DNA of 62,985 nucleotides, filler included, from Folioceros fuciformis (GCA_049999805.1; 4 parts of 3 records of this genome joined end to end with filler, not necessarily neighbours in it), one strand, 5' to 3'; counted from the whole stretch's first letter, positions 13,101 to 25,815 are shown. Numbers and translations: made by a program. The notes: generated from the sequence alone by a model not told the origin.

Positions 13101-14067
13101 TTAGGGTTGCCCCCTTGCTCCGTTCTTATTTATCATCGTCACTAACTTCTTTCTTTGAGCAGTCAAGCAAGACCAGGCAGTGGTGGGAATTCGGAACCCA
13201 GATGGAATGTAGTTGAGGGTCTCTGCATTTGCAGATGATACTCTCCTCTTCTCTTCGGCTGAGGAGGCCTCATTGAAAGCGTTGCTCCAACAGGTCAAGG
13301 TCTTTGGCGAACTATCGGGCTGTAAGGTGAATTGGAGTAAGACACGCATGATGTGTCTTCACTTGGACGGGGAGACTCCTCAATGTATTAACCACATTAG
13401 GCGAGTGACTCAGAGTTCTACTCACAAGTATTTGGGGCTTCCGTTCCAAGAGGAGGATGAGAATGGGGAGATTGGGAAGTACGTCTACCTCAGGTTCATT
13501 TGCAAAGCGGCTAGTCTTTAGTTGCTGGAGCTCAATCTGGCAGGTAGGCTGGTGGTGATTAATCATATCCTTACTGCCTCTTTATGGTATTATCTGTTTT
13601 TATGGGCCCCTATTGAAATAACTTAGGATTATTTATATAACCACTCCTTAAGGTTAAATAGCTAGGGTTACCGAAAGGTCACTTAGAGAACAAGACATCT
13701 GTATATAAGATATTCTATTTGACCGCAATAATTATGATGTTTTATTTCCATGTTTTCTTAGTCTGCTGTCCCAGCGATTCTAAGCAAATTGACTTGGTAT
13801 CAGAGCACCAGGCTTTGATATCTGATCCTAATCTAATCTGCTTTGTGTTTCAAAATCTGATGTGGTAGATGCATGTAGTGCAAGGGCTGATTGGGCACAA
13901 AACCCAATAACCATTTCCCATGGCCCCTGGTTCATGTGACCGACAGTCCTTCACCACCTACATGACCACATTAGCTGTAGATCACAAATAAAAAGCAAAC
14001 TGTAAGGAAAAGACTTCCGCTGCACCACTGCTGGGTAGCATGCAGAGAGGGCACACGGAATTACAAA

Positions 14068-14556
14068 ATGCCTCGCAGGAACAGGCAACCGGGAAGTAGG
14101 AGCTATAACAACTTTATCACAGAGAGGTTCATTAGAGAAAGGGATCGCCTCCAACGGCGTGGCCTGCTCTCCAGAAGTTCCTCTGTTGATCCAATTCCCC
14201 CACGCCTGCATCCAGACTCGCGCCAGCAAACGGCCAGAAATAGACCGGCCAGAGCCAAGCATACCCTACACCCAAATAGGCCACATTCCATCAGGCCTGG
14301 TAACAACAATTGGAAGAAGGGCTGCACCCATCAAGTTCAGGAAGACGGTGATGCCCAGGCTGCCTCTCACTGTCATCTGCTGAGCGTGATTCCGCTTGTA
14401 ACCCCACCAATCGATCACCAAGACCTGCAGGCTATGCTATTCCGTCACACTACCAAAAATCAGACTTTGCAAGCACAAATCCTTCTAGACATCCAAGAAA
14501 TCAAGGCACAGATCAATACCCTAGCAGTACACCTGAAGGGCACTCTTGTTTTTTGA
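14068..14556 (+). CDS. Copia-1 extra ORF upstream of gag (Arg-rich N-terminus, C-terminal heptad region), function unknown
   Basis: 162-aa open frame with AAAATG start, between PBS and gag. A positional counterpart exists in Copia-2. Confidence 0.45.
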   Translation: MPRRNRQPGSRSYNNFITERFIRERDRLQRRGLLSRSSSVDPIPPRLHPDSRQQTARNRPARAKHTLHPNRPHSIRPGNNNWKKGCTHQVQEDGDAQAASHCHLLSVIPLVTPPIDHQDLQAMLFRHTTKNQTLQAQILLDIQEIKAQINTLAVHLKGTLVF

Positions 14557-14867
14557 AGAAGAATCTCCGAAGGACGGCTATCGCAGCATCATTTTCTGAT
14601 GTTGGGACGCGATTTCACCATCCCCCAGCTCAACGCACCTGCGCGCAGCAAGAGGGAGATGTGAAGGGTCGCATTCACTATAACGAAGCGGCACAAGAAT
14701 TTGGAAGACGCTTACCTGGCACAAGGATTGCAGACTCGCACCTTTGCAGGCGCCTCTTCAGATTTGCGCTCCTTCCCGTGAGAAGATGTAACCTTTCCGC
14801 AGGGATACAAGACTCTTGAGAAAACCAACAGTCTTACCTTTCTACGCTACCAATCTGAGCATCCACC

Positions 14868-17800
14868 ATGGCCGGAAACCCAGATACCACCCTGGGACTT
14901 GGGCAGGCAACCACTGGCGCTTTGCTAGGTGCCACTGGTGCGAGCGCTTCTGCGCCATCTTCTTCAAGTGGCTCTGCGCCAACAGCCATCGCTCCAATTG
15001 CCCCTCCACCATCTGAGACATCCGGGCCATCATCAGCATCGACCACACAAGCTGTTACATCTACACATGCCACAAACATAGAGCCATATACCTTCACCGC
15101 ATCTGCGCAAGGAACTGGAACTGTGCCATCATACCTTCCTGCCACATCAGGAGCAGGCTTTTACAACCCATTGCCGAGCTTTGGAGTTGGCTTCGGGAAT
15201 CCTCTGCCTATACTAGGAGCAGGACCCGCGAATCCACTGCCAAGGGGAGGAGCTGGCTACGTGAATCCCTTCTCTGCATTCGGCACAGGACTTTATGGAC
15301 AAGCCCAGCCTCCTGTGCCCGCTGCAACTGCAGGCCCTCAGCAACCCTTGCCTCCACTTCTTGGAGCAGGATACGGTACTCCATACCCTCCAACCTATCA
15401 GCCTTCTTATACTGTGGAGTTCAAAGAACGTGACAGGTTCAACGGGAACAAGTACCCCGTGTGGAGCGTCCGCATGCAGGTAGCCCTTGATGCCAAACAC
15501 TTATGGAGCGTCGTGAGCGGCCAGTTTCAACAACCTGCCATCACTGCTCCTCAAGTGGACAAGGATAGGTGGGATAATGCTAACAATGTGGCACGAGCTT
15601 TGATCATCAGTGGCCTTGATGAGGTCCTTGTACCAGATGTTGCCTTCCTCTCTAAAGCTGAAGACATCTGGAACCAACTTTCACAAACCTACGATGTCAA
15701 AAACATTCTAACACTTGTAGCTGTTAGGGGCGAGTTGTTTACCCTTCGTATGAAAGACAGTGAGAAAGTTGCTGTCTTCATAGCCAAGTTTAGACATCTG
15801 CGTTCCCAACTTGCCTCTCTAGGTTCTCCCATGACAGAACTAGATGCAGTAGCTCACCTTTTGACTAGCCTGCCTCCAAGCTACCAGCCTTTCGTTTCCA
15901 GTTATGGAGCATCATTACATGATGCAGGAAAAGCTGCAGCTACAGGATAGCCAGTCTAGATTAGCTTCACTGATGTAGTAAGAGCTTTATTCCAAGAGGA
16001 ACAGTCACACAGCAGTTCATATTTCAACCATGGGCGCAATAAAACGGATAAAGTTCTGTTTACCTCTAAACCCCGATTTCCCAACAAGAATAGGAATACA
16101 TGTGCTGCTGGCCCCTCCAAGGACACGAAACCAGGACAGACCAAAAGAGTTGGCTCTTGTAACTGGTGCGGCTCCCCCGGCCACTGGGAGATGGAATGTC
16201 GTAAAAAGAAATCTGGAGAGCCTAAGAAGGCCGAGAAGGCCCACAAAGGGGCTGAGGCACATACGGTCTCCAAGGACAAACTTCCATCAGGCAAGCAGCC
16301 AATTGTGATGGTGACAACCTGTCTCTCAACATCCTCCAAGCATGATGCTTGGTACCTGGATTCGGGAGCAACAACTCATATCTGCCACAACAGGAGTTTG
16401 CTCAGTAACTTTGTTCCCATGCATACATCTGAGAAGAAGGAGTTGCCTTTTCCCTCTACCCTTGCATTCAGGACATCCAACGTCTTGGACCTCGTCCACA
16501 TCGACATCTCAGGGAAGATACACATACCCTCACTTGGTGGTTCTCTCTATTATTTGACCATCACCGATGACTACAGCCGCTACTCTTGGACTTATCCGAT
16601 GAAGAGGAAATCTGATACATTCCAGTTTTTCAAAGAATGGTTAGTCATGGCGCAACGACAGATAGGTTGCTACCTTCGCTGCCTCAGATCCGACAATGCA
16701 GAACGGAGTTGCCGAGCGCCAAAATCAGACCCTGCTCAGCATGACAAGGAGCATGTTAGCTTGGTTTGGCCTTAGCAAAGCCTATTGGGCAGAGGCTGTT
16801 GTTTGTGCAACCTACATCCTTAATAGGCTTCTCACCAAATCAGTTCCGGGACGCACACCTTATGAGGTCATCTGGAAGCGGAAACCTAGCTTGTTACATT
16901 TCAGGGTGTTTGGTTCCCCTGCATATGCCTTTATCCATGCAGAGCAATGTAGGAAGCTTGATGACAGAGCTCGACCTCTCATATTTGTTGGCTATGGTGA
17001 AGAGACTAAGGCTTATAAACTCTATGATCCACCAACCAAATCCTTGATATTTGCCCGAAGTGTGACTTTCAAGGAATTACTCCACCCTGCCCCCCGGACA
17101 GATGCTGTGGATGCTGAGTTTATGAGCTCCTCGTCCCCTTCCCAAGAGATCACAGACTTTGATGAATCTCTTTCTGAGTACCCACATGATGCTGCTTACG
17201 AAGCGCCTTCTGCTCTCCCTGTTTGGCCCCATCCAGCAGCCGGCAGTTCAGGGGGAGGAATTAACCTAGCATCTTAGTTTCACCACACAGCTCAGCAGCC
17301 ACAGTCGTATCAACCATCTCCACAACAGTTCCAACCTCAGCAGTCACAGCAGCCCACGCTAGTGCCCCCTGCACAGCAATCACAGCCTGTGCCACTTATG
17401 CCTCTACCTGCTACACTGCCTGCTATTCCACACGATGATGACTCTGAAGCACATGCTGCTAACGCTGATGCAGCGAATCCTGCGGATATAGATTCAGGGT
17501 CAAAACCTGATGACACTGCCGACACAGGAGCAGCTGATCATGCTGAAGTGGACACTTCTTACCAAGATCAGGAAGAGACACCTGGCCCTGTTGAGGATGT
17601 GACCCCGTCACTGAACCTGTTGTTGCAAAAAGAAGATACCCTACTAGATCACATCCTACTCGTGATCAATGGCACGCGAAACCTTATCAGCCAGAAGATT
17701 TCAAGCTTCCTCGGTCAGCCAGGCTGTGTGAAGCCTTCTCCACCAGTACAGCTCACCCTGCTAAACCCCGTACTTATAAGGAAGCAATATCTGGACATGA

Positions 17801-19363
17801 CAAGGATCACTGGATCCCATCCATTCAGGACGAGTATGATTCACTCATGAAGAACGAGACCTGGGAGTTATGTCCTTTACCTGCTGGACGGAAGACAGTG
17901 AGTTGCAAATGGGTGTTTAAGCACAAGCTCAACGCCCAAGGTGAAATTGCCAGATATAAAAGTCGCCTTGTAGCCTGAGGATTTTCTCAAGTAGCTGGGT
18001 CGATTTCAACGAAACCTTTAGTCCTGTAGTAAAGACCAAATCTATTAGGATGATGCTCGCTCTAGTAGCTGCCAAGGACTGGGATCTTGAGCAAATGGAT
18101 GTCTCAACAGCGTTTCTATATGGAGACCTTGAGGAGGACATTTACATGGACCAACCTGAGGGTTTCGTCAACCCTGAGCACCTCGACTGGGTTTGCAAGC
18201 TGAAGAAGACTCTGTATGGCTTAAAGCAAAGCGCACGAGAATGGTACAAGTGCATGGACAAGTACCTGAAATCCATATGCTTCATTCAGAACCCTACTGA
18301 TGCCAATGTGTACACATATACTGATGGAGAACACATGGTGATATTAGCACTCTATGTTAATGATGCGATCCTCGCGTCAAATAGTAGGAAGCTGTTGGAT
18401 TGGGTTAAAGGCATGCTTCACAAGCAATATGATATGAAAGATATCGGAGCTCTTACCTTTGTGCTTGGTGTCCAGCTTATTCGTGATAGACCTAACAAGA
18501 CCCTGATCCTTCATCAAACAAAGTATATCAATGAAACACTTCGCCGTTTCAATCTGCAAGATGCAAAGCCCGTTAGTACACCTGGCAGTGTTGGTGTCAA
18601 ACTCAGCTCTCTTCAGTGTCCTCAGGATGATACTGATCGAGAGGAAATGAGTGTGATTCCTTACCGACATGCAGTTGGATGTCTTAACTACAGCAGTTGC
18701 TGGACATGACCAGATATCCAGCATTCTGTCAGCGCAGTATCTCAGTATTTGGAAAACCCTGGCCAGGATCATTGGACTGCTGTTAAGCGAATCCTGCGCT
18801 ATCTTAAAGGCACCTCCACACTTGGGCTATGCTTTAGAGGAACGGATGATGGGATCAGAATGGTAGGTTATGCAGATGTTGACTGGGCAACCGATCCAGA
18901 CCAGCGCAAGAGCATCTCTGCCTACTGCTTCACTCTTTCTGGAGCTGCAGTGAATTGGAGTTCTAAGAAACAGGTCTCAGTCGCACTCTCATCTATAGAA
19001 GCTGAGTATAAGGCTTTGACTGATTCTGCTAAGGAGGTAGAATGGGAGCGGACCTTCCTAGCCGATTTGCATTTCAAGCAGCTGGATCCAACCACCATAT
19101 TTTGTGATAATATGTCGACCATAGCACTAGTAGGGAATCCACGCTTCCACGCTCGCACAAAACACATAGAGATTCATCATCACTTTGTTAGGCACTCTGT
19201 TGAACGCAAAATCGTCTCAATAGAACATATCTCTACAGAGCTTAATCCCGCAGACCTTCTCACTAAGAGTCTTTCTACTCTTAAGCACAACTTTCATACA
19301 GAAGCCCTTGGCTTAGTAGCTTACAATTCCTACCTTCAGAATGCACCTCCTGAAGACGGCTAG
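14868..19363 (+). pseudogene. Copia-1 gag-pol with stops, frameshifts and internal deletions
   Basis: DRFNGNKYPVWSVRMQ (gag), CNWCGSPGHWEMEC (zinc knuckle), WYLDSGAT (protease), LVHIDISG/LRSDN/QNGVAER (integrase), QMDVSTAFL/LYVND (RT), YADVDWA/EAEY/CDN/ADLLTK (RNase H). Confidence 0.95.
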
Positions 19364-19429
19364 CTAGAAGCTCCTCAGTGCAGACAGGTGGATGAAGCTC
19401 GACGGCTCTATCCAATCACCTGGCTTCAC

Positions 19430-19666
19430 TTAATCCGGCGGCATCTTCACCTCCAACGACAGGAGCAGTTTGATTTTCCATCCCGCTATGCTCAGTCCTT
19501 GCTCGGTGATGTCCTCCATGGCTATTTCTGCTTGCTCTGTTCGCTGTGGCGCAGCTCGTTGCCTTCTATTGGCCTTGATCTTCAGCTCATCCCGCCAGTG
19601 GCGCAACGGTAGGAAGACTGCGCTTGCTAGCGTACAGAGATTCACAGCTATTAGGATGACCGGCAT
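19430..19666 (-). CDS. Copia-1 antisense ORF in the 3' region with a hydrophobic N-terminus
   Basis: MPVILIAVNLCTLASAVFLPL followed by a charged segment. Same position and orientation as the antisense ORF of Copia-2. Confidence 0.35.
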   Translation of the reverse strand: MPVILIAVNLCTLASAVFLPLRHWRDELKIKANRRQRAAPQRTEQAEIAMEDITEQGLSIAGWKIKLLLSLEVKMPPD

Positions 19667-22378
19667 CGTTTTCAGTCTCGCGCTCGCTTCGCGCCTGTTG
19701 CCCGTTGCTAGTTAACCCCTCTTGTGGTTAAGGGGGTGTGTTGGAATAACTTAGGATTATTTATATAACCACTCCTTAGGGTTAAATAGCTACCGAAAGG
19801 TCACTTAGAGAACAAGACATATGTATATAAGATATTCTCTTTGACCGCAATAATTATGATGTTTTATTTCCATGTTTTCTTAGTCTGCTGTCCCAGCGAT
19901 TCTAAGCAAATTGACAGCCCCTTCCAAGCTAGAGGTGAAACGCTTACAACAAGTGTTGACCTTCTTCCTGTGGAAGCGTTCGGGGGATAGTATGGCTGGG
20001 TGTTCTAAAGTGGCTTGGCAGCATATTATTCAGGTGCGTGGTTTGGGGGGTCTTGGGGTGGTGGACCCGATTGCCAAGATGAAAGTGTTGCATGCTCAGT
20101 GAGTTATGAGGGCAGCGGATCCGACGTACTACCCTTGGAAGAGCCTTCTAACACAGCATCTGGACTGCGCCCAAGTTGTTCCTAGGGGAAGATCTATCGA
20201 CAACATTCTGGCTGACAAACCAATACTCGATACTGCAGAATGCTCCCCACTCTTCAAGTCCATCTGGAGCAGTTACTTGGAGGTTAAACAATATATTATC
20301 CCGGGTGACTTTTCTTGTGCGGATGATGTTCTTGGTATTCCTTTACAGGGATTCTCGAGGTTGTGGGTGCAGGAGTTCAGGTCAAGGGTATATCCGATAT
20401 GGTCACAAATTTTCGGGTTGGCTTGTCAGAGAGGTGTTATCCAACTTGGTCATTTATGGAATAGATCAAAGTCTCGTTGGAAGGAGGTAGAGGAGGTCAA
20501 AGGGGAGTTTGGATTAGGGGCTTGGCACGTCAAACTCATTTTCTTGTGGATGCACGAGGGGCTAGAGGAAAAGGTGCAACAGATCTTAAGGCAACAACCT
20601 ATCATAGGAGGTGAAGGGTGGTATGCATATTCCATGGATAGTAGGGGAGTCGACTCGGAGGAGGAGGATGAACAGGTGGAAGCATTAGAATTAGATAGGG
20701 CAGTCTGGCTTGCGAGAGCGGATGTCAAAGAGACGTTGAAATCGTTCAAGGTCATGTCGCCTGACAGAGTTTTGGAAGACCAAGGCAGGGATGACGGGGA
20801 AGCCCGAGGAGGGGATTTGCGGGCAATCATTGTCCTTGTTAAGTCCGTTCGGGCAGGGCGATAGTGCATCCCAAACGAACGCCCAATTGGGCCACAAACC
20901 TCCGATAAAGTAAAGGTTCATTGTTGGCTCCGATTGGGTGAGAACTGGGCTTTGACCTTCAAACCAGATCTCTACAAGTGGCCTAGGCATCCAGGGTGCA
21001 AGAAGGCTATCTCTCGATCTTTCTTCAACTTCCCAACGCTGGACTTGTTCCTTTGGTTGGTGCGAGCGCAGAAAATCAAGCAAAGACAACCAATGGCTCC
21101 CCGATTGTAGTTAGCTGGATGGCGACAAAGGGAAGCCATCAAACTTCTATGGAAGTCCGCAGGAATCCCCCCCAAGGTGAGGTCTACGGTCTGGTGTTTT
21201 TTTCAAGCGTGTTTGCCTAATGCGGATCGTTGGGATGGGCTTTTAGCTGCAACGGGGGAGGATGTGTGTCGACTATGCACCGCTGGGGGTCCCAAACAAG
21301 AGTCAACACATGTTCTTTGCCCAAGAGATCTGGAGGGAGGTGGGCAGGTGTCTTCGTTTGATTTTTCCTGGTGCTAACCTCATGATCATGACACAATCAG
21401 CCTTATTTGGGCTAGACGCAACCTCGGGCAAACCTCTCCTTAAAACACAATGGTGGGGCTTACTATGGTCTTCTTGCCTTTTTCATCTCTGGGTCAACTG
21501 GTCCACGGTGGTCTATGGAGGACAAGAATCAGCTTCATCGAAAGCTTTGTTATGGCGCATATGGGAGCATTCGTTGATTGTAGCAGAAGCTTTGGAGCAA
21601 TCCCGTTGGAAACAATTTAAGTGGAGTGACTGGAGGATGGCGGGATTCCTAGCACCTGGGAAAGATACTCGTTGGAATCATTCGTGCCCCTGGGGAAGGT
21701 GAGCCCTTAGGGTCCTTGGGAGACTTCGAGGTGTAAGTATAAGTGGCTTTGGCAGTTCGTGGGTACCATAGTGTAGGGAGCGCTCTCTGAGCGCCTTGTC
21801 TTGAGTTTTGGACTCAAGGCCAGTTCCCCCCCCTCTCTTTTGGTGCTTGATCTATGTGCATACGTTAGCATGTTTTTCCCTTTGTATTGTAGTGGGAGGC
21901 ATCTGCCAATCATAATCTGAATTCTTTTTTTCGTCCCGTATTCTCTCAACGAGCTTGCCTAACAGCTGTAAGCTTGTAAAATTGAAGCGTTTGCTTCCTT
22001 CAGACACCACAAAATCTCCTCCACTTGCATCCACACTTCTCAGAGTTGTAACTTGGCCTCTCAAATCCTCGATCGAGTCACATAATCTTGTACACTGCGC
22101 ACACGCACACCTCAACTGGATTTCCAACAAGAGAATGCTCCCTCAAGAGAAAGCCTATTCCCAAAAAGCAAGAGAATACAAGCTTACAATTGCAGCAGAC
22201 ACCACTGAGCCAGACTTTTATGCCTGCTACCTCAGACCTGCTGCAACCACATCCACACATCTAGTTGTGTGTCTATCTAGTTGACTTTATATTATATTTT
22301 CTAATCATCTCCACAAATAATTATTAATTACCACTGACACCATTTATTAGCATCACTTAATTATTAACTAATTACTAT

Positions 22379-23437
22379 TTGCATGCATCTAAGCGACAGC
22401 ACACAATCATGCTTTACATAATGGAGTTGGAGGTTGTGTCTTCCCTTCATAGTTGGAAACCGGTTAGAGAAGTCAAGGTCGAGGAGGAGAAACCTAAAGA
22501 AGTTTCAGGAGAGGACTCCAATACATGGGAGCTTGAACCACCAGAGGATTCCGAGGGGGAGGTCACAAAGGACAGAAAGAGGAAGAGCCAAGCAACGATG
22601 TAGAGCGCGGCTAATAAAGAGAAGACAATTGCAGGCGAATAAGAGGTGGTGACTGCGTCTCGTGTAACCAGGCTGAAGGTAGCTGCAGAGCCACGAGGGG
22701 GACAAGAAAAAGGGAGAAAGCAGGCTGGCCCTACCGAGGTGTTGAAGAATGAAACGCAAGGGGTTAATGAGTCAATAGTGTGTGAAGAAGGGTTAATACT
22801 GGCAGTAGAGGCTTCCAAGGAGTGGGAGAGTATTTTTGGGGCCAATCCTTTGAACTGTCCAACTGAGGCAAGAGCCAAAGACACAACGCGAGTAAGGGAG
22901 TGGTTGTGGAAGAGGATGGGCAGTAGAACAACCCACATCAATTTGCAGGGGTTGACCTAAGCTATGGCCCACACCTAGGTGGACCTTCTCAACCAGGCCG
23001 TAATAGCACTCACATGGCTCAACATGCAAGGGCAACAGGAGAAGCTGCTAAAGGAAAAACTAGAAGAAGTTGAAGGTAGGAAAAAAGCAGCAAAAGACTG
23101 TGAGCAGGTGAGCGATGAATTGCTGAGCCAAGCGCAGCAGGAGTTGAAGGTGATGGTGGATCAATAGGAAGCCTTGGTAAATCAAATGAAGACGGCCCAT
23201 GCCACAAGTGAAGAGCTCTAGAATAAACTTTCCCTGGCTCAAGAGCCAGTGGCGCCATTGGAGAAATTCAAAAATTTGGCCGAGAGGTACAAGAGGGAGT
23301 GGGATGAGGCTAGTGTTAGAGTCAAGCGTGAGGCAACAAGACTGAAGAAGGGGAAGGGTTCAGCCATCGTGGTGGCTAAAGCAGAAAACCGTGGCAGAAT
23401 CAGCCACGGTTGCCGAAAAAGGAATCAAGGTGGCTGA
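22379..23437 (+). pseudogene. Decayed ~350-codon charged/coiled-coil ORF, probably TE-derived
   Basis: ORFs starting at 22379, 22646, 22979 and 23249 are all in one frame, separated only by stops, and E/K/Q-rich. Confidence 0.5.
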
Positions 23438-23718
23438 ACCAGCCACCGTCAGAACTATGGCAGAGGAGCATGCAACTCCCCTAGAATGCAGGAGGCAGCC
23501 GGCCTAGAACTGTCAACGGGAGGAGAGGGTAAGGACCTCTTTAGTAGGGGGACACATTTTGTTGTGACATAGGGATGAGGATACCCATGTTCTTCGCTTC
23601 CAATTGTATAGTGAGCGAGTGCTACCTCTAAATGTGCATGTGGTGGTTGGAATAAGAGGGTGTAGGAACTTCTGGTTGCACATCTTAAAACAACCACAGG
23701 GTGTTATCAGTGGTTCCT

Positions 23719-24632
23719 TGTGGTGGCAAAACCCCGGGCACTGATTGCCAACGGGTTCCACCTTTAGTGGCCACACTTATCCCACTATCGTTGAGACATT
23801 GGGTTTCGTTCCCACGAAGGAGCGATGGGGTTCCTTGCTGTTGTGGATGGAGGGTCGGACTTGATCAACTCGATGATGGATTCGAGGGCTCCCCTCCAGC
23901 TCCGATCAAGCGTAGGACAGGCCTCGCTGTCCGGCGGTCAGCTGCACCTCTCTCGGTGCCCACAAACTCACTCCAGTCACTAGCACTGTCCAGTCAGGTT
24001 GGCGGATTTTGGCAAGCAAGGAGGTAAGCTGAATTGGCAGGGCTGTCTGGGTTGGCGGGCACGCAGATGGTAGGAAGGCTGGGGCGGCAAGCTGGTTGGC
24101 AAGGCGTTGCGCTACAGGCAGGGGATCTAGGCGGTTCCACCTTTCCCCTCGAATAGCGGGCTTGTTGCCCGATGCTATTGAATAGGTCCGATTTGGAGGT
24201 CTGGCTAGTGGGGAAGCTGGTGAAGGAAGTACTGAGGCCTTCCAGCCTCACCCCAGGTTTCGGGAGCCAGAAGCAGGGGGGAATTGAGAGGCTGCGGATA
24301 GTTGCGATGGTGATCCAGTTGTGAACCTCCAAAGTTTGGGGTAGTAGTTTGTTTTGGTTGAAAAAGGGTTAATAGTGGTATGGTTTGGTTTTCTTTTTCA
24401 ACTTATTTTCCCTAATTTTCCTTGATTTTCTGGTCATTTTTCCTATTTTTCTTTGTGCTAATTAGGTTAATTGACCAGGAAATAGTTGGTTTGGTTATAA
24501 GAGTGGGTATAGGTTTGGTCCCAGACCTGGGAAGGTTTAGGTTTGGTACCAAGCCATAGGGTTGGGAAAGTTTGAGTCTAGGTCTGGTGATTAGTTTAAT
24601 ATTAATTAAAGATATATAATATTAAATGATTA
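23719..24632 (+). mobile_element. Partial LTR of the same family as 4710-6403, truncated by the contig end
   Basis: Begins TGTGGTGGCAAAACC. The first ~264 bp are homologous to the reverse complement of 6120-6403. Confidence 0.65.
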
Positions 24633-24732
24633 NNNNNNNNNNNNNNNNNNNNNNNNNNNNNNNNNNNNNNNNNNNNTTAATTAATTAANNNNNNNNNNNN
24701 NNNNNNNNNNNNNNNNNNNNNNNNNNNNNNNN
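24633..24732. other. Artificial contig linker
   Basis: N run + TTAATTAATTAA (stops in all six frames) + N run. Confidence 0.98.
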
Positions 24733-25770
24733 GAGAGGAGACGGTGCAGAGCACCGGATGCACTGCTGGGTGCTGGTGCTGTTGGTGGAAGCCTGTGCTG
24801 CGACTGTCTCGTGACTGCGGTGCGCTGCCAAAGGTGCGCGGGGACAGGGCCAGGCCCAGGTCCAGGCCCAGGCCCGGCAGACCCGCTGCTTCTCCCTCTA
24901 CACACACAAAGAGAGAGGCGCCGGGCAGGGCTGGAGCAGGCCCGTTCCGGACTCCGGAGGGCTGCCGCAAGTCTTCCCCATGGAGAGAGAAAAGAAAAAT
25001 GGAACAGGGACCGCAGCGGCAGCAGCAGCAGGCTGGAGGAGGCGGCACAGGAGGAGTGCTTCCCGGAGGTCATAATAAAAGCGAAGCCATCTGCAGGAAA
25101 TGCGAGCCAGCTTCCATCACACTGCCGTCTGCCTAGATCGTTGGAGCAAGACTCGGAGACGCAGCCAGATTGGCAGAAAGAGACGGTGCAGTGCGAACGC
25201 AACGCATCGTTTTCCAATCCCAGCTGCTGCCGCAGACGGTGCGCAAGAGCAAGGGGGAAGGAAGCTCAAGCACAGCAGCAGCAGCAGTCACCTGCTAAAG
25301 CCATCCCGGCGTCCGGGGCCGCATGCAGATACCGACAGTCTACAGCAACAGTGTGAAGGAAAGCAGCGTAGGAGAGAGACTCGGCACGGGCCAAGGCACG
25401 ACATTGCCAGCCCAGACAGCGTGACCAGCGCCAGCTCCAGCTCCAGCGCCCACGCCACCTCCACCTCCAGCGCCAGCGCCACCGGACGCTCCTCGCAGGA
25501 AACGAATCACGAATCCATTCCATTTTCCTCCCCATTTCTCCTCTCCCATTTAACACCGCACTAACAGCCGCCGCCTAACTTAACGGACCACAAAAGGACC
25601 GCGCTATCTGCTGGACATCCACGCATACCAACCCTGACAACGGGAACAATACCTCGTACCCCGCACTCCATACATTACATACCTACCGGCTTGGGCCATG
25701 TCCACATGCCTGCCCATCATTCACGCTCAATGGCTACAAGGGGATAGGCTACTTGAATTCCATCTAGGGC

Positions 25771-25815
25771 AGAACATAACATAACAGAACAGAACATAAC
25801 AGAACATAACAGAAC
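25771..25815. repeat. Microsatellite of AGAAC/ATAAC units
   Basis: agaacataac ataacagaac agaacataac agaacataac agaac. Confidence 0.8.

Larger units (their letters stand above)
13611..19916 (+). mobile_element. Full-length but defective Ty1/Copia element (Copia-1) nested in LINE ORF2
   Basis: LTRs at 13611-13794 and 19739-19916. PBS TGGTATCAGAGC (initiator tRNA-Met) at 13795-13806. PPT AAGGGGGTG at 19730-19738. TSD GCCCC at 13606-13610 and 19917-19921. Excision restores the LINE frame (..FLWAP|SKLEV..). Confidence 0.97.
11018..21702 (+). pseudogene. LINE ORF2 (APE endonuclease, reverse transcriptase, zf-RVT-like region), split at 13611-19916
   Basis: IISWNVRGLG, VCLQEHKL, LVGDFN, RLDRFY (endonuclease). 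KSPGHDGIP, WRSITLL, LDFYKAYDSVEW, GCPLAPFLF, AFADD, KYLGLP (RT). KVAWQHI..GLGGLGV, then CRLC..ESTH. Many in-frame stops. Confidence 0.92.
6404..21930 (+). mobile_element. L1-clade LINE (non-LTR retrotransposon), defective, interrupted by a Copia insertion; 5' boundary uncertain
   Basis: ORF2 motifs appear in canonical order from 11018. Upstream is a long, degenerate, low-complexity plus-strand frame interpreted as ORF1. The 3' UTR runs to about 21930. Confidence 0.8.

Noticed and set aside
6120-23982. ~280-bp inverted repeats 17 kb apart as TIRs of one giant DNA transposon
   Set aside because: The conserved TGTGG/CCACA termini face inward, so the intervening DNA is outside both copies. No TSD is shared. 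Two independent LTRs of one family explain it better.
24733-25560. Overlapping GC-rich ORFs at the start of contig 2
   Set aside because: Possibly the 5' end of a truncated minus-strand gene with a transit peptide, but low-complexity and not assignable to a frame or product.
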